From Catajapyx aquilonaris (taxonomy: Eukaryota): 64,000 nucleotides of DNA. Location: contig KZ537959.1 in the NCBI GenBank assembly GCA_000934665.2, positions 124,001-188,000 on the forward strand, written 5' to 3'. The notes under the pieces are model-generated. The model had not been told where the DNA came from. It did no database searches and worked only from the letters and a program-made list of their open reading frames with translations. How positions within the stretch are numbered: position 1 is the first letter of the stretch; every line of letters starts with the position of its first letter. This document shows positions 1 to 11,100 of the stretch, piece after piece. Made by a program: the position numbers and the translations under genes.

Positions 1-41
1 TCTATTTATGGAACTCCATTCCATATTCGAAATTTCTTATA

Positions 42-1352
42 AGGGAAGGGGTCCATATTTCGACCATGCTCCTAATTCCAACCACCATGCTATCTCCATT
101 GTAACGTGTTGCAAATTGCCGGTGACAGTGGTAAATGTCACAAAGACGGATTTGGTGAGCTGGCAGCACTGATGCGAATATCCGTGCATTGTGCATGTGC
201 AACCTATGACACCAGTTTGTTTCTAAGCGTATGGTGGACTGCAGCGCATGCTAGTATTGGCCATCATGTCCCAGCAATTAAGCTATGCTATTCAATGATT
301 TATTTTAGCCTATATGATGTTGCTTGCACTGTTTATTTGCATGTTTTAAAGTAGGGACATTATGCTGCAATTTGTCGATGTGAACCAGCAGCCACAGTAG
401 AAAGTTGTCTTGTTCCTAATTTCGGCTACTTAGGCGTTCCTAATTTCGACCTACTGTACTATCATGCTCATTGTGACAGTTCCATTCAGCCCCCGGACAC
501 TACCACTACAATATTATCTTATCGCCTGCCGAGGCGTTTTGCATGAGGTGCTCACTTGAGACCGACATGAGACCTTTCACTGCTACATTATGTGGCGACC
601 TTACCGGACCCGCTGAACTTTATAGGTACGAAAGGGAAGCGCTGCATTGGGGGNGGGGGACCCGGACCCAACATGGTCGCCGGCGGCCATGTTGGGCCCG
701 CATGTAGCGGCTTCCTTTATACCTAAGTTCAGCTCGGTCCAGTAGGGTCGCCTCATAATGTAGCAGTGAACGCTGTCTCATGGCGCTCTCAAGTAAGCAC
801 CTCATGCAAAACGCCCCGACAGGCGATAAGAGGGAGTGACCAGACCCTAGTATTCTAAGACCATGGTTCCATTTATTTCGCGGAAACTCAAGAAAGAAGT
901 CACAGAAAATGTTTGTGCATATGATTGTACACTACTACCTGCTGTTAAAACGTTCTCGTATGATTGTATTGATCAAGTCATTATTCAACGGCGTAATTGT
1001 TTTTTTTTTTTGCAAATAGGGAAACTTTATTTTCATCGTGAAGATAAACCAGTTTTCATTGTATTGTTATTAAGCATTATAAAGCATTCACAAATTTAGA
1101 AATGTTTGTTTTTACTCCTTTCCTGCCATTAAAACGCAGGTGCCGAAATTAGGAACACTTTTTTTAGACTGAAAAAATTGGTGTTTTCACTTTTTCAATT
1201 CTGTGCTTTTTCCTAAATAAAAAAACAATTTCATTGCGGGACCTAGTATAGGTAAATGTTCAATGTGTTAACATTCACTTTCCATACATTGCTTCGTTCA
1301 GCCATTTTCTAAGAAGAAAACGTAAGGGTGTCGAAATTTGGGCCCCTTACCC
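42..1352. mobile_element. Non-autonomous TA-flanked DNA transposon (MITE-like; Tc1/mariner superfamily, probably pogo-type)
   Basis: The left end TA-AGGGAAGGGGTCCATATTTCGAC (40-64) matches the reverse complement of the right end (1330-1354, reads TA-GGGTAAGGGGCCCAAATTTCGAC) at 21/25 positions, including the flanking TA. Internal copies of the TIR core are GCTCCTAATTCCAAC (68-82), GTTCCTAATTTCGGC (412-426) and GTTCCTAATTTCGAC (436-450), plus an exact inverted copy GCCGAAATTAGGAAC (1142-1156). There is no transposase ORF. Confidence 0.75.
517..831. mobile_element. Fold-back (palindromic) MITE-like element nested in the TA-flanked element
   Basis: The left arm TCTTATCGCCTGCCGAGGCGTTTTGCATGAGGTGCTCACTTGAGA... 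aligns over ~130 bp with the reverse complement of the right arm (TCTTATCGCCTGTCGGGGCGTTTTGCATGAGGTGCTTACTTGAGA...). The centre is itself an imperfect palindrome, CCCAACATGGTCGCC/GGCGGCCATGTTGGG (667-696). No clear target-site duplication. Confidence 0.8.
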
Positions 1353-2620
1353 TACAAGTGTGTCATGGTGTGTTGTCGCAGCAGCTACGAGAACAGGCGT
1401 AGTACTATACCCAGGCCCTTTCCCTGATTATCTCCGTGCAAGTCAGTTCCAAAGCCCCTTGCCCGAAAGCGTGGGCCAGGGCAACGAGGAGCCAGTGTGT
1501 TATGCATATACTTGTAGGTGGAAACGGGATATAATAGTCATGTAGTGCGGCAGGGGCTGTGGTGGTAGTAGGGGGCCCTCCACCCAGCTGAAGGGAATAA
1601 TCCGGTGCGACGAACATTGCGGGTCGGCGCGAAGGTTATCATCTGGGCCATAGTCCGTTGCGAGGCTTCTGGCTGCCTTGGCGTTCTCTCGCTTGCTCGC
1701 TCGCACTGTGTTTCATTGCGGCGTTTATGTAGGCCCCAAGGATGAAGCGCCCGCAGCCCGAATTGCCACTTAACTTGCCCACGCTCACGTGTTAAAAGGC
1801 CCTTTTTGCCACCTATGCACATCACGCCGGATATAGTCCGCTGCTGGAGGGTGGGGTGGGCTGGAGAGATGGTTGGAATGACCCTAGCTCGCTGCGGACT
1901 CCCTGCCTCTCTCCCTGAAAATAAAAAAAATAAAATGAAATTAGCGCGCGTTTGATAAAGGCAATGCATCAGCGCTCTTCATTACCCTTGAGCATAAAGT
2001 ATGGTTTTCATTAGGGCCGGGCTACTTGCATGTAATTACACAATATCCTCAGCCGGCGCGTGTGGGGTGCAGGGCTGGCGTTCATTATTCATCGTAATCA
2101 GGTGAGTGCAGTGCCTAGACATGCCTGAGTCGCGTCTCGGCCCGTGGTTAGATATACGCAACATACCTGCATCACGCAGTATCTGCAAGCTGCTGCAGGG
2201 CACATGTGTGCACCAAGAGTTAATCCGGCCGGGAATGTGTCGTTATAGCCGGCATCCCGACGGCCGTTTCCAGGGAGGGGCTGAAGTCGAAGGTATAATG
2301 TGCCGGGGTTCCTTATTAGTCGCTGGATGGTCGACTGAATCATCTCCCGGGCAAAGTTTTGGAGGTTGGGCTCCCTCCCTGGCTCTGTGTCTGGTGGTGA
2401 TAGCCCGGGACATTTACCCTCACAAATGACGATAATCTGGCGAGTAACATGACGTCGGGGTCAAGCGGGGCGAATTCGCATCAGGGCTCATTCCGCAATG
2501 TTTGCGTTGGCTTGTAAGCTGATTATTCACGCGGATTCCAGTGCAGGATGGTCATTTGGATGCTTTATTAATGCATTTCCTGATTGAGCCAATTAGCTGC
2601 CGTTTGGAATGGAGGGGGGG

Positions 2621-2631
2621 NNNNNNNNNNN
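2621..2631. other. Assembly gap (11 N) inside a G-run
   Basis: N run flanked by poly-G. Other Ns at 654, 14259, 20575 and 22192-22194 also lie in or next to G/C-rich runs. Confidence 0.95.
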
Positions 2632-5270
2632 GGGGGGAGTGGGAGAGCAGGTTTGGAGGGGCGGGTAGGGAGGTTGCCCCTTTTGGCTTTGCTGGTTGGT
2701 AAAACTCGCAACCTCAGGGAAAGATTTGTGAGGTTAATCTGCAGTCGAGCCATTTTCGCAAGTTGTATAGCCAACGTGTCCAGGCAGTAAATCACGGGTC
2801 TGGCGAAAAGTTTGAACCGAAACGGAAAAACAGCTTGGAAAATGTGCCCCCGGCAGGCAGCAGGAGAGAAGAGGAAAAGGAAGCGCTTCTCTGCCTGCGT
2901 ATAGGCAAAGGGTCGTGCAGCAGAGAGGGTGGCAGACATTGTGATATTTATTCGCGGCCAGCTTTTTATGTGCAGTGTAAATGCGGTACAGGATACCCCG
3001 GGGCAGGCGCCCTGATGCCGCGTGGCCTTTACCCACAGCGAGTAGTGGGTGGGAGAGACAGGCGAAAGCGGAAGAAGAAATAATTATTATGGCTGGCGCG
3101 CTGACGAGGAAGAGATAGGGTAGGTCACGATCCGTCGAGATGTCTCCTACTTATCTGGCGGAAACTACTGGGAAGGAGCCTCCGGGTACGTGACAACGAG
3201 ACGCTCAGACAATGCATCCGCCCGTATGTGTGTGCAGAGGGCCCAAGAACCTGGGAAATGGAGCTGGGATTGACGGACAGACTGGCAGGCAGGCTTCATA
3301 ATTTCGGTCCTGTCAACAACTCCTGATGAAAGTCGGCCGACCAGTCGATCCCGTTTGACTACGGATCGCGTGTGGCAGAAGCCGAGAGCTATGTATGGAT
3401 TCTGGCTCTACATGCAGGGTGTTGTTGAATATGCGACCGAAAAATCGTAGCATGTGTGGTTACATTTCTGGCGTTACTCGGCATTAGGATATTTTTCTTG
3501 TTTCCTGTTAGAAGACCATGTCGGAAGGTATTTTAATGGGTAGAATTCCTTTAACCAGGTTCATAATGTGTGGTCGGAGGTTGCGGACAGGCCTTGACGC
3601 AGCACGAGGACATCCCGTACGTGTCGAGGTGTGCCGTGGTATAGGGTCGCGTAGTTTTTTTTTAAAGCCAACGCTATGCATGTAGGTTTAGCGGGTGGAG
3701 TGGAGTCTGCAGCAGGCGGTAGTAAAAGTGCTTCGGCCGTAGTAATGTCTGCAGGGCAAAGTTTCAATTTTCCGGGGCGCTTCCCTTTAGGTTGCAGATG
3801 GTGGCGCTGACATTCCACTGGTGTACGTTTCAATTAAATTGTTTGTTGAAGTGCTGTAATAGAGCGCGCCACACTGCAAATAGACGCGCCTCCTCCATTG
3901 ATCCGATAGTCCTTTATTCCCCTGCGGATTGCAGCATCCTGCCCACCCCGGATACACCGCTCCCTCTCCTGCCATCCTCTAGCAGGCAGCCAGGAAAGTT
4001 AGCCAGCAGAGAGCAAACACAAGATCATCGATGGACATTTCGGGCAACTAGAGTTGGCGGAGTTGTGCAATAAAAAAGTTTGCATGAAAATTAGTCGACG
4101 CTGTTATGGCACATGAAACGTTCAGTAAAAATGCAGCATCTGTTTTGCTTACGCACTCCATGTATAGAGGGGGCGGGGGCATCACCTATAGTACAGTCAG
4201 GGATATTTTTGGTGTCTCTGGATCTACTAGAAATGCACGTGTCTTGGTTAGTTGTTGTTGCAACCAGGTTGGGTTGGAAGTACTTCATCGGAAATGGAAG
4301 TGGGGTTTGTGTTTGCCCGCCAGTTGTGTGGACATGCTAATATAGGCACCGGTAGCAGCAGCAGGCGGTGGTAGGTAATGGGAAAGCCAAATGGTTGGGA
4401 TGACCTGGGCCGCAAAAAAAACAAGGTTTTTGGGCGACGATTGGGTGCTGCCATTTGCGCCTATTTTAGGGCGCCACCAATAGAAAAGCAAGTGATTTAA
4501 TGGGCCATCAGAGCAGGTCCCAATCGGCCGCCCCTCCACTCCCACAGGACCCTTTATTTCATTTTATTTTGCACTAATTCCAGGCTGGTGAACTGGGAGC
4601 GAAGCAGGCCCTCCCTGCTCTCCCACCCGTCCCTCCTGCTCCTTCCCCCTCTTCCTGGTGGTGCTGCGGCGTTGCAGCAAATCCCGACTCCCGAAAGAGT
4701 CCCGAATGCGGCTCACGTTGTCTTTTTGCTCTCTCGCTTCCACCTGAGCTAATTTATGGGCCATAAAGAGGCGCTTTGATGACCACTAGGAATTCTGTTT
4801 GCAGTGGTGGATGCGGCTTTTCTTTAACGGCCTCTCCTCTACGCTACCTCCTCCGCCTCTTGCACCCCTCTCACCAGGCACGCCGCCTTGTTTATGCAGA
4901 TATTATAGACCCACGCAGCAGCTAGACACCCCCTTTTACTTGCGGATGGATCCGGTGGTCCCTCCGTGCACGCAGCTCGCGAATCAGGAATGAAAAGCTT
5001 CCCTGCTGTTGTCATTTGCATTTTAAGCATTCTAATTCTGCCGCTAGAGAGTACCTTTCAAACGAAGGTGACGCCTTATTTAGCAATATTTCCTGAGAAA
5101 GAGGGCTGCTCTCGCTGAGGCTGTTCTGCCGGAATTTTAGTGCACTGAGTATTTTCGTATTTACGAAATTGCGGGGGAAGGAAGGCAACAGGGCACAAGT
5201 TGTAGGGATGCAGTTTGGCCAACAGTGGTATACAAAACGTGGTAAATTAGTTTAAAAATGTGATATGATG

Positions 5271-5271
<1 letters not shown>

Positions 5272-5346
<75 letters not shown>
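5272..5346. repeat. (ATT)25 microsatellite
   Basis: 75-bp perfect trinucleotide run. It explains the poly-Y and poly-N ORFs 5265..5459 and 5161..5370. Confidence 0.97.
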
Positions 5347-8012
5347 TTTATTACACAATTCGTAAAGCAATTAAAAATTTTGCCTCCGTTCATTCAAGCG
5401 CCATACTTAGCAAATTAGCGCTTGCATTGCGAAATCGCACCACAGGCAGAGTGCATTAAAACCCGCCGGTGAGAATATTGCGATGCTCAGGTGGGAGTAC
5501 ACTGCCAGAAGCGCAATTTATTTAATTTTTTTGTGTGTAATGGTCCCGAAATGTGATTATGCTGTTTGCACTAACGGGAAGTTTTCCTCAGGTCATGGAA
5601 ACTAATTGCATTGCGACGATTTATTTCCGGCCCTAAAACAGTGTGGCTGAATTTCTGCACAATATTTGAACCAGCCATTGGAGAACTTTTTCATCGTGAA
5701 AAAGACGCTGACTTTTAAATTGTGCATGCAATATTAGTGCTACTATTATTACGACACTCTTGACGTGGGTTTATTGCAGTAATGGAAACTCCATCGGAAG
5801 ACGACTAGAAGTAGAACGTAGAACATTCACTTGGACAGATGGAGTTTTCGCAATTTCTAAACTCCGCAGTACTGTAATTTTCAAACAAACTTTTAATTGA
5901 AAGAGTAATGTTTATCAACTTTTAATATACGTTGTGCTGAATGGGAAAGTACTGGTTTATGCGGTGCTGGTGGGTGTGTTAACAACACAGTACACATTGT
6001 GTCGAATAAGCAAATAGGTTCAGATTGAAAGATGCATATATTTATGAGCAAATACTGTACATAGCTGCAGTATTTATATCCAAGTTAAATGCGACACACA
6101 TTAATAATTGTATAACGTCATCATTCATACGTTAACATGTGAGTTTTATGCCCGTTACTGAGGAGTGCTTATTTCTTAGTATTTCAGTCCCTTTTTTTCA
6201 CTGACTGGGATTTTATGTTAGGAATTTGTGTATGTGCCAAGTAATTTTCATAAAACATTCTGTATTCTAAAAAAATCTTTGCCTGATTGACGTCACCACT
6301 GTGAGCCCACGATTCCATTTCAAGATGGCATTCAAGGAACTGGTCACTTTTCGGAGTAAGAACCACTTGTGCAAGTGGGATCCTCCGGTTTAGCTGAGTC
6401 GGTCTTGGCGGTATCCTGTGAGATGAAAAAACCGGCTAGAAGCATCTCACTATATACCAGTGACGCATTGAGGGTCTTGAGGCCGACTGCATAGTGTCGG
6501 CAGGTAGGCAGAGGCGTTGGTGCGAATTGGGATGGGCCCATATAGGGTAATGGGCGAAAGTGGCTTGAAATGGCGGGCTCTGCGGAAGGAAGGAAAGGGG
6601 AGGCAGGAAGGAAGGAAGAAAGAGGCAATCGGAGGGAGAGAGGGAGAGAGAGAGCGGCCAAAAGAGGCTGGTTGCTGTATAAGGCCCGAGCCTGTTTGCC
6701 TCTATTAAGAGCTATTAGAATCCCGGAGGAAGAGAAGAGGCCCAATCCCCTTTGAGGAGCAGGAAATTGGCTCAATCAGGCGGCGGGAGAAGCATCCCTC
6801 GGGACGCCGCCGCCAGGAAGAGGCATCAAGGGAAGGAAAAAAGAGAAGTTGGCCCTACACACACTGTGACGAAGAAGAAAGGAAAGAGGAAGGTGCGCGC
6901 GCTAATGAAGAGGCAACCTTCGCAATGGGCGGCTTCTTCAGCCGCCAGTGCTATCCAATTATCCTCCAGGGGATTGTTCAGCCGAAACAAGTGCCTGGTC
7001 GTGCACCGTGAACACTCCTCACAAACTCTCCCTTCCTGACCCGCCAGAATAGGTGCGGCTTGGCCAGAAGCAGCAGCAGCCGCCGCCGGATGGATGCCTG
7101 CCTCTTTCTTGTTGGCCACGGAGAATTTAGGGCCGACGGAGAGGGGCTGTGAACTCTGGCCAAACAACCGACTATTGTCACACAGCTGCAAAGAGAGAGC
7201 CCGGATCCTTTCTCTCCAGCTCGGCTCCCTCCTCCTCCTTCTGCCTCCCTCCTCAATCCGTTTGCCTTGCTCCCAGCTGGGGATCATGCTTAGAAAACTT
7301 TGTCCGACAATCAGGGTGGGCAAACAACTGCAATAGGAAAACTTCTCCGTGGAGAATATATTACGGAGAGAATGGTAAACAAGAACAATGTAGTCTTTCA
7401 AACTAGTGTCTTCAGAGTACTCACTCATTGTGCGAGTAGCTGCAGGTTTAGGAGGAAACGGGAACAGTTTGTTCGTTTGTGATGAAGGGCTGTTTTTTTT
7501 TTCTTTCTGTCGTCCAACAAACTGAAGAATGAGGTGCAGTTCAGTAATGATATCGAGTTGAAGAATACAGTTGAGTTTATATAGAATGAAGTAGGTTTTC
7601 GTAACTGACATCTTTCAGATTTATAAAAGAACTATAAAAACATGACTGAATGTTTTCACAGATTCAAATTAGTGCCAATTAGGCGTGATGTCTCATCATC
7701 ATGGTGATTACAACAGCTGTCGGCATCAAATGATTTGGAACTCAGACCCAGTTGTATGAACAAAAATTAGGAATATTGCTAACTCCCAAAGTAATTCATC
7801 ACGCATAATGGAGATTTTGTCTTAAATCTCCGGCCGTCTAGGTGGAATTCTATATTGCAGTTCCAGTGCACAAAAAGGTGGCTCATCCTGGCGACTAGCT
7901 AACCTATGAGCCTCTCTTGTTCATCAGGATGCGTGCTTTACAGGGGCAACGTAGGCATACATGGAGTGTTAGTCTCGACTCTATAGAGAGTATAAGTAAG
8001 AGAGTCTTAGAG

Positions 8013-8113
8013 GTTTTAGTCTTAATCCTTAATTTTAAAAGGATCGGTCAATCTGCGCGGGCTGCTCCGGGATGAAAAACTGATTGGAAGATCCTTACGA
8101 CTAAGCCTAAAAC
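8013..8113. repeat. Degenerate inverted repeat, probable MITE remnant
   Basis: GTTTTAGTCTTAATC...AAGGATCGGTCAATC (8013-8053) resembles the reverse complement of 8082-8113 (GTTTTAGGCTTAGTCGTAAGGATCTTCCAATC), with one indel. Confidence 0.45.
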
Positions 8114-11100
8114 TAGTGCCAAAATCGCCCGTGTGTTGACCCCTCTGTGTTGCCCTACTTCAGGGAGGAATTACCGCAGTTGACGTCTTTCGTGATTTTT
8201 CCCTTTGCTGTGTTGACTTTGTCAAAACAAAGCACGCGAGCAGTGTGACATTTTGAAGAATCGAGATAATCGTGTTTGAATCAAGTAGTCGCCGTAGTTA
8301 ATAAATCGTGCTACAATATGAAAGAAGTTTATGTGCCATGGAAGCATGACTCTGGCTAACAAAGTTCTTTCTGAAGTGTTTCCAGTCTGTCTTATAAGAC
8401 ATATTGTTATAGTTTTTGATGGAACGTGCCCGATAATCTTATTTGGAGTTCGGACTTCTTTTTCCGCGACGTTAATGCTCTTGGCAAATTGAAAGTAAAA
8501 TGCTGAAGGACGTGCAAATCGGATCGACGGCGATAAGCCGAAGACTGTCATACAATGGGGACTTCTGAAACGTAGTCACGCAAGTTTTTGGGCGTGATAA
8601 TCTGGATGAAAAACTGAAGTTCTGAGAGAAAAAATATACTCGTACTGAGATGTTTAATTTTTTTTTTTCTATACTAATACTTGAGTAAGCATAAAAATTG
8701 ATACAATTCGGTGCCAAATAAAATTTTGGGTCCCTCACCAGAAAAGTCAGGCACATAATGGTAGCAGGTTCGTTTTAAAAAATTTGAGTTAAAACGCTGA
8801 TGGCGTAATGTGGTTTTCATACGACGGACTTGCTAAATGATACAAGAACACGAAATGGTACTTGGGGAAGTTAATGGTGGCCTTCTACAAAGTCTCACTG
8901 AAAGTAACTGCAAAATTGCCACTTTCGTTGAAAGGGACTAATGGACATTCTGAAGTACCGGTTTTTAGTCTGGAGGTCCACATTAGGCCCATTGCATCGC
9001 AGCGTTTTGGAACAATTTTGAAGAGAGAATTGTGGATTTTGTGGAGATGAACTGCTGGCATTATAGTCAAAGCTATGTAGGGAAGGAAGGCTTTAAACTT
9101 GTTGTGCTGGCTCAGGTTTCCGCTTAATTTTTCGCACAGAGAGTTTAGTGCAGCCAGTGGAGTTCCCTGGTGACAGACGAAAGGTAATTATTACTCTACA
9201 ATTGGACGAGAACTTCATAATTGCTGACTCAAACAAACCACATTTACCTGACCTGGCTGCGAGAAAGTATGAAAATTTGAAATCAGGGGGTAAAAAATTC
9301 AGTTTGATAAGTAGAAGTGTTACGGAATAACTATTAAATGACGAAGTATGAATATGAATGGGACCTGCGCTGTACCAGCGGCCTAGTTATATGTACTGTA
9401 TCAGGAGCGCTGCTAGTTGAGGCTCAACTCACGTGCGCTTCATTTCGCCTGCAGCCTGCCTGCCTGCCAAGGAATTGAGTCTGGTGCATTGCTATAGCAG
9501 TGGAGAGAGCCCTTCCTCCAGTAGCCGCGAGAATTTGACGAACGTTTCTGGTGATTGCTACAGGTTTTCTCTCACCTGAGGGGAATTTTTATTCCTGCCT
9601 TGATGCAATTATCTCCGGCCGGGCTGACCCACCACAAATTTTCATGCTGCCTGCATACTCGCCGCCTCTTTTGCTTGCTAATTGCCTGTGGCTGCTTCTG
9701 CAGGAGATGATGTTACACTCTGTGAAAAAAGAGAGAGTATTGTCCTTTCATGTGGTGTGTGTGTGAGGGACGAGTCATTTTTCGTTATTTTTAACTCGTG
9801 CAGGCAGCGTGAAATTCACCGTTGGCTAAAATTCTAAAGAGCGATATATGGCCGCTCCCTACCGAGCTGACTGTTTCAAAAAGCGGAATGGGGGAGTTTT
9901 GAAATTTTGTTAGTTTATGACGTCGGCTCTCCGCCAGATGCAGTGTAAGTGCCGTAGACCCATGATGAAGGAATAACATGGTAAGAGCTGCAAGCTCACA
10001 AAGTATAATAATGGAAGCCAAGTACGATAAGAAGGTCTTGTGGAGGGGTGGAAAGCCTTTGATGTGGCTCATTTCCATGTCGGATGCGTCCCATCTGGCG
10101 TTGCAGGAAAACAATTTTGTTGTTGACTGCAATTCCGTATCTGAGCACTGCCATGGTTTCCGCTCACATGCATGCATAAGTCTGGGGGGATCCGTTTGAA
10201 AAATTCTTTCTAGATGAGGATTTGTACAGATAGGGTTGGGAGCTAGCGTGTGTGTTGTCAGGCCCGGGCGGGAAGGAACTTATCAGCGGACCGTAATTGC
10301 CCACGTGATCCTTAGTAATTGCAACGAGTCCTATGGGCGGAACCAGCTTGTTCTATCGGGGGGAAGGAGGAGGGGGTGGAGTGGGAGGGGCTCTGGCAAG
10401 ACAAAGTTCATCTGGCGACAGTCGCATTTTTATGGGCCCATAACTCTTGCGCGCCGGCAGATTCCTATGAAAAGTAGCAAGCCCCAGATCCGCCTCTATT
10501 ACTTGCGTCAACTGCCTGGGCTTTATGACGGCCCTAGACGATATGAACTAGGCTGCCGGATGGCTGCCTCCCTGCCTGCCTGCTTGCCTCCCTGTCACTG
10601 CAGTTGCAGCTCCTGCTGCACATGCATCCCCTTTTCTCATGCACCTTATGTATTGTCCTTCAGTGTGGGGGGCCGCGGCAACCTCTCTCCACAGCTTGGA
10701 GTGTGCACTATACGTGATGGTAGCATCTGCGCTTTTGTGTAACAATTACCGCTCCTTAAAAGAGCTCGGCGATGTTAATGGGCGGCAGAGTCGTGCAGAC
10801 TCTGCCGCCCCCTTGAAAACGAATAGAACAGTTTCAGTAAGGGGAAATTGTTCTCATACCGTACATTACAGATATCTCGCACGTAGGAGCTTGTTGCACA
10901 CGGCTTGCTGCGTACCCACCGTAACATGGCTGGTACAAAGAGACAGCTAACAATGGTTGGCCCCAGCAATAATAAAGCAGGGCTTGGAGAGAGTGGGGCC
11001 AGACTACATTGTAGAGTTAGGTGTGAGGCGACAGCTGCAGCAGAGAAGGAAGCTAAGCTGAGCCAGCGAGGTTCCTCGTGACCAAGTACTCGCTCTGGCC

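Noticed and set aside
5161..5459. Poly-Asn / poly-Tyr ORFs
   Set aside because: Translations of the (ATT)25 microsatellite.
6826..7611. Longest ORF (261 aa, - strand)
   Set aside because: Low-complexity patches derived from GA/CT and GCC runs, no recognisable domain, and it overlaps equally meaningless ORFs in other frames.
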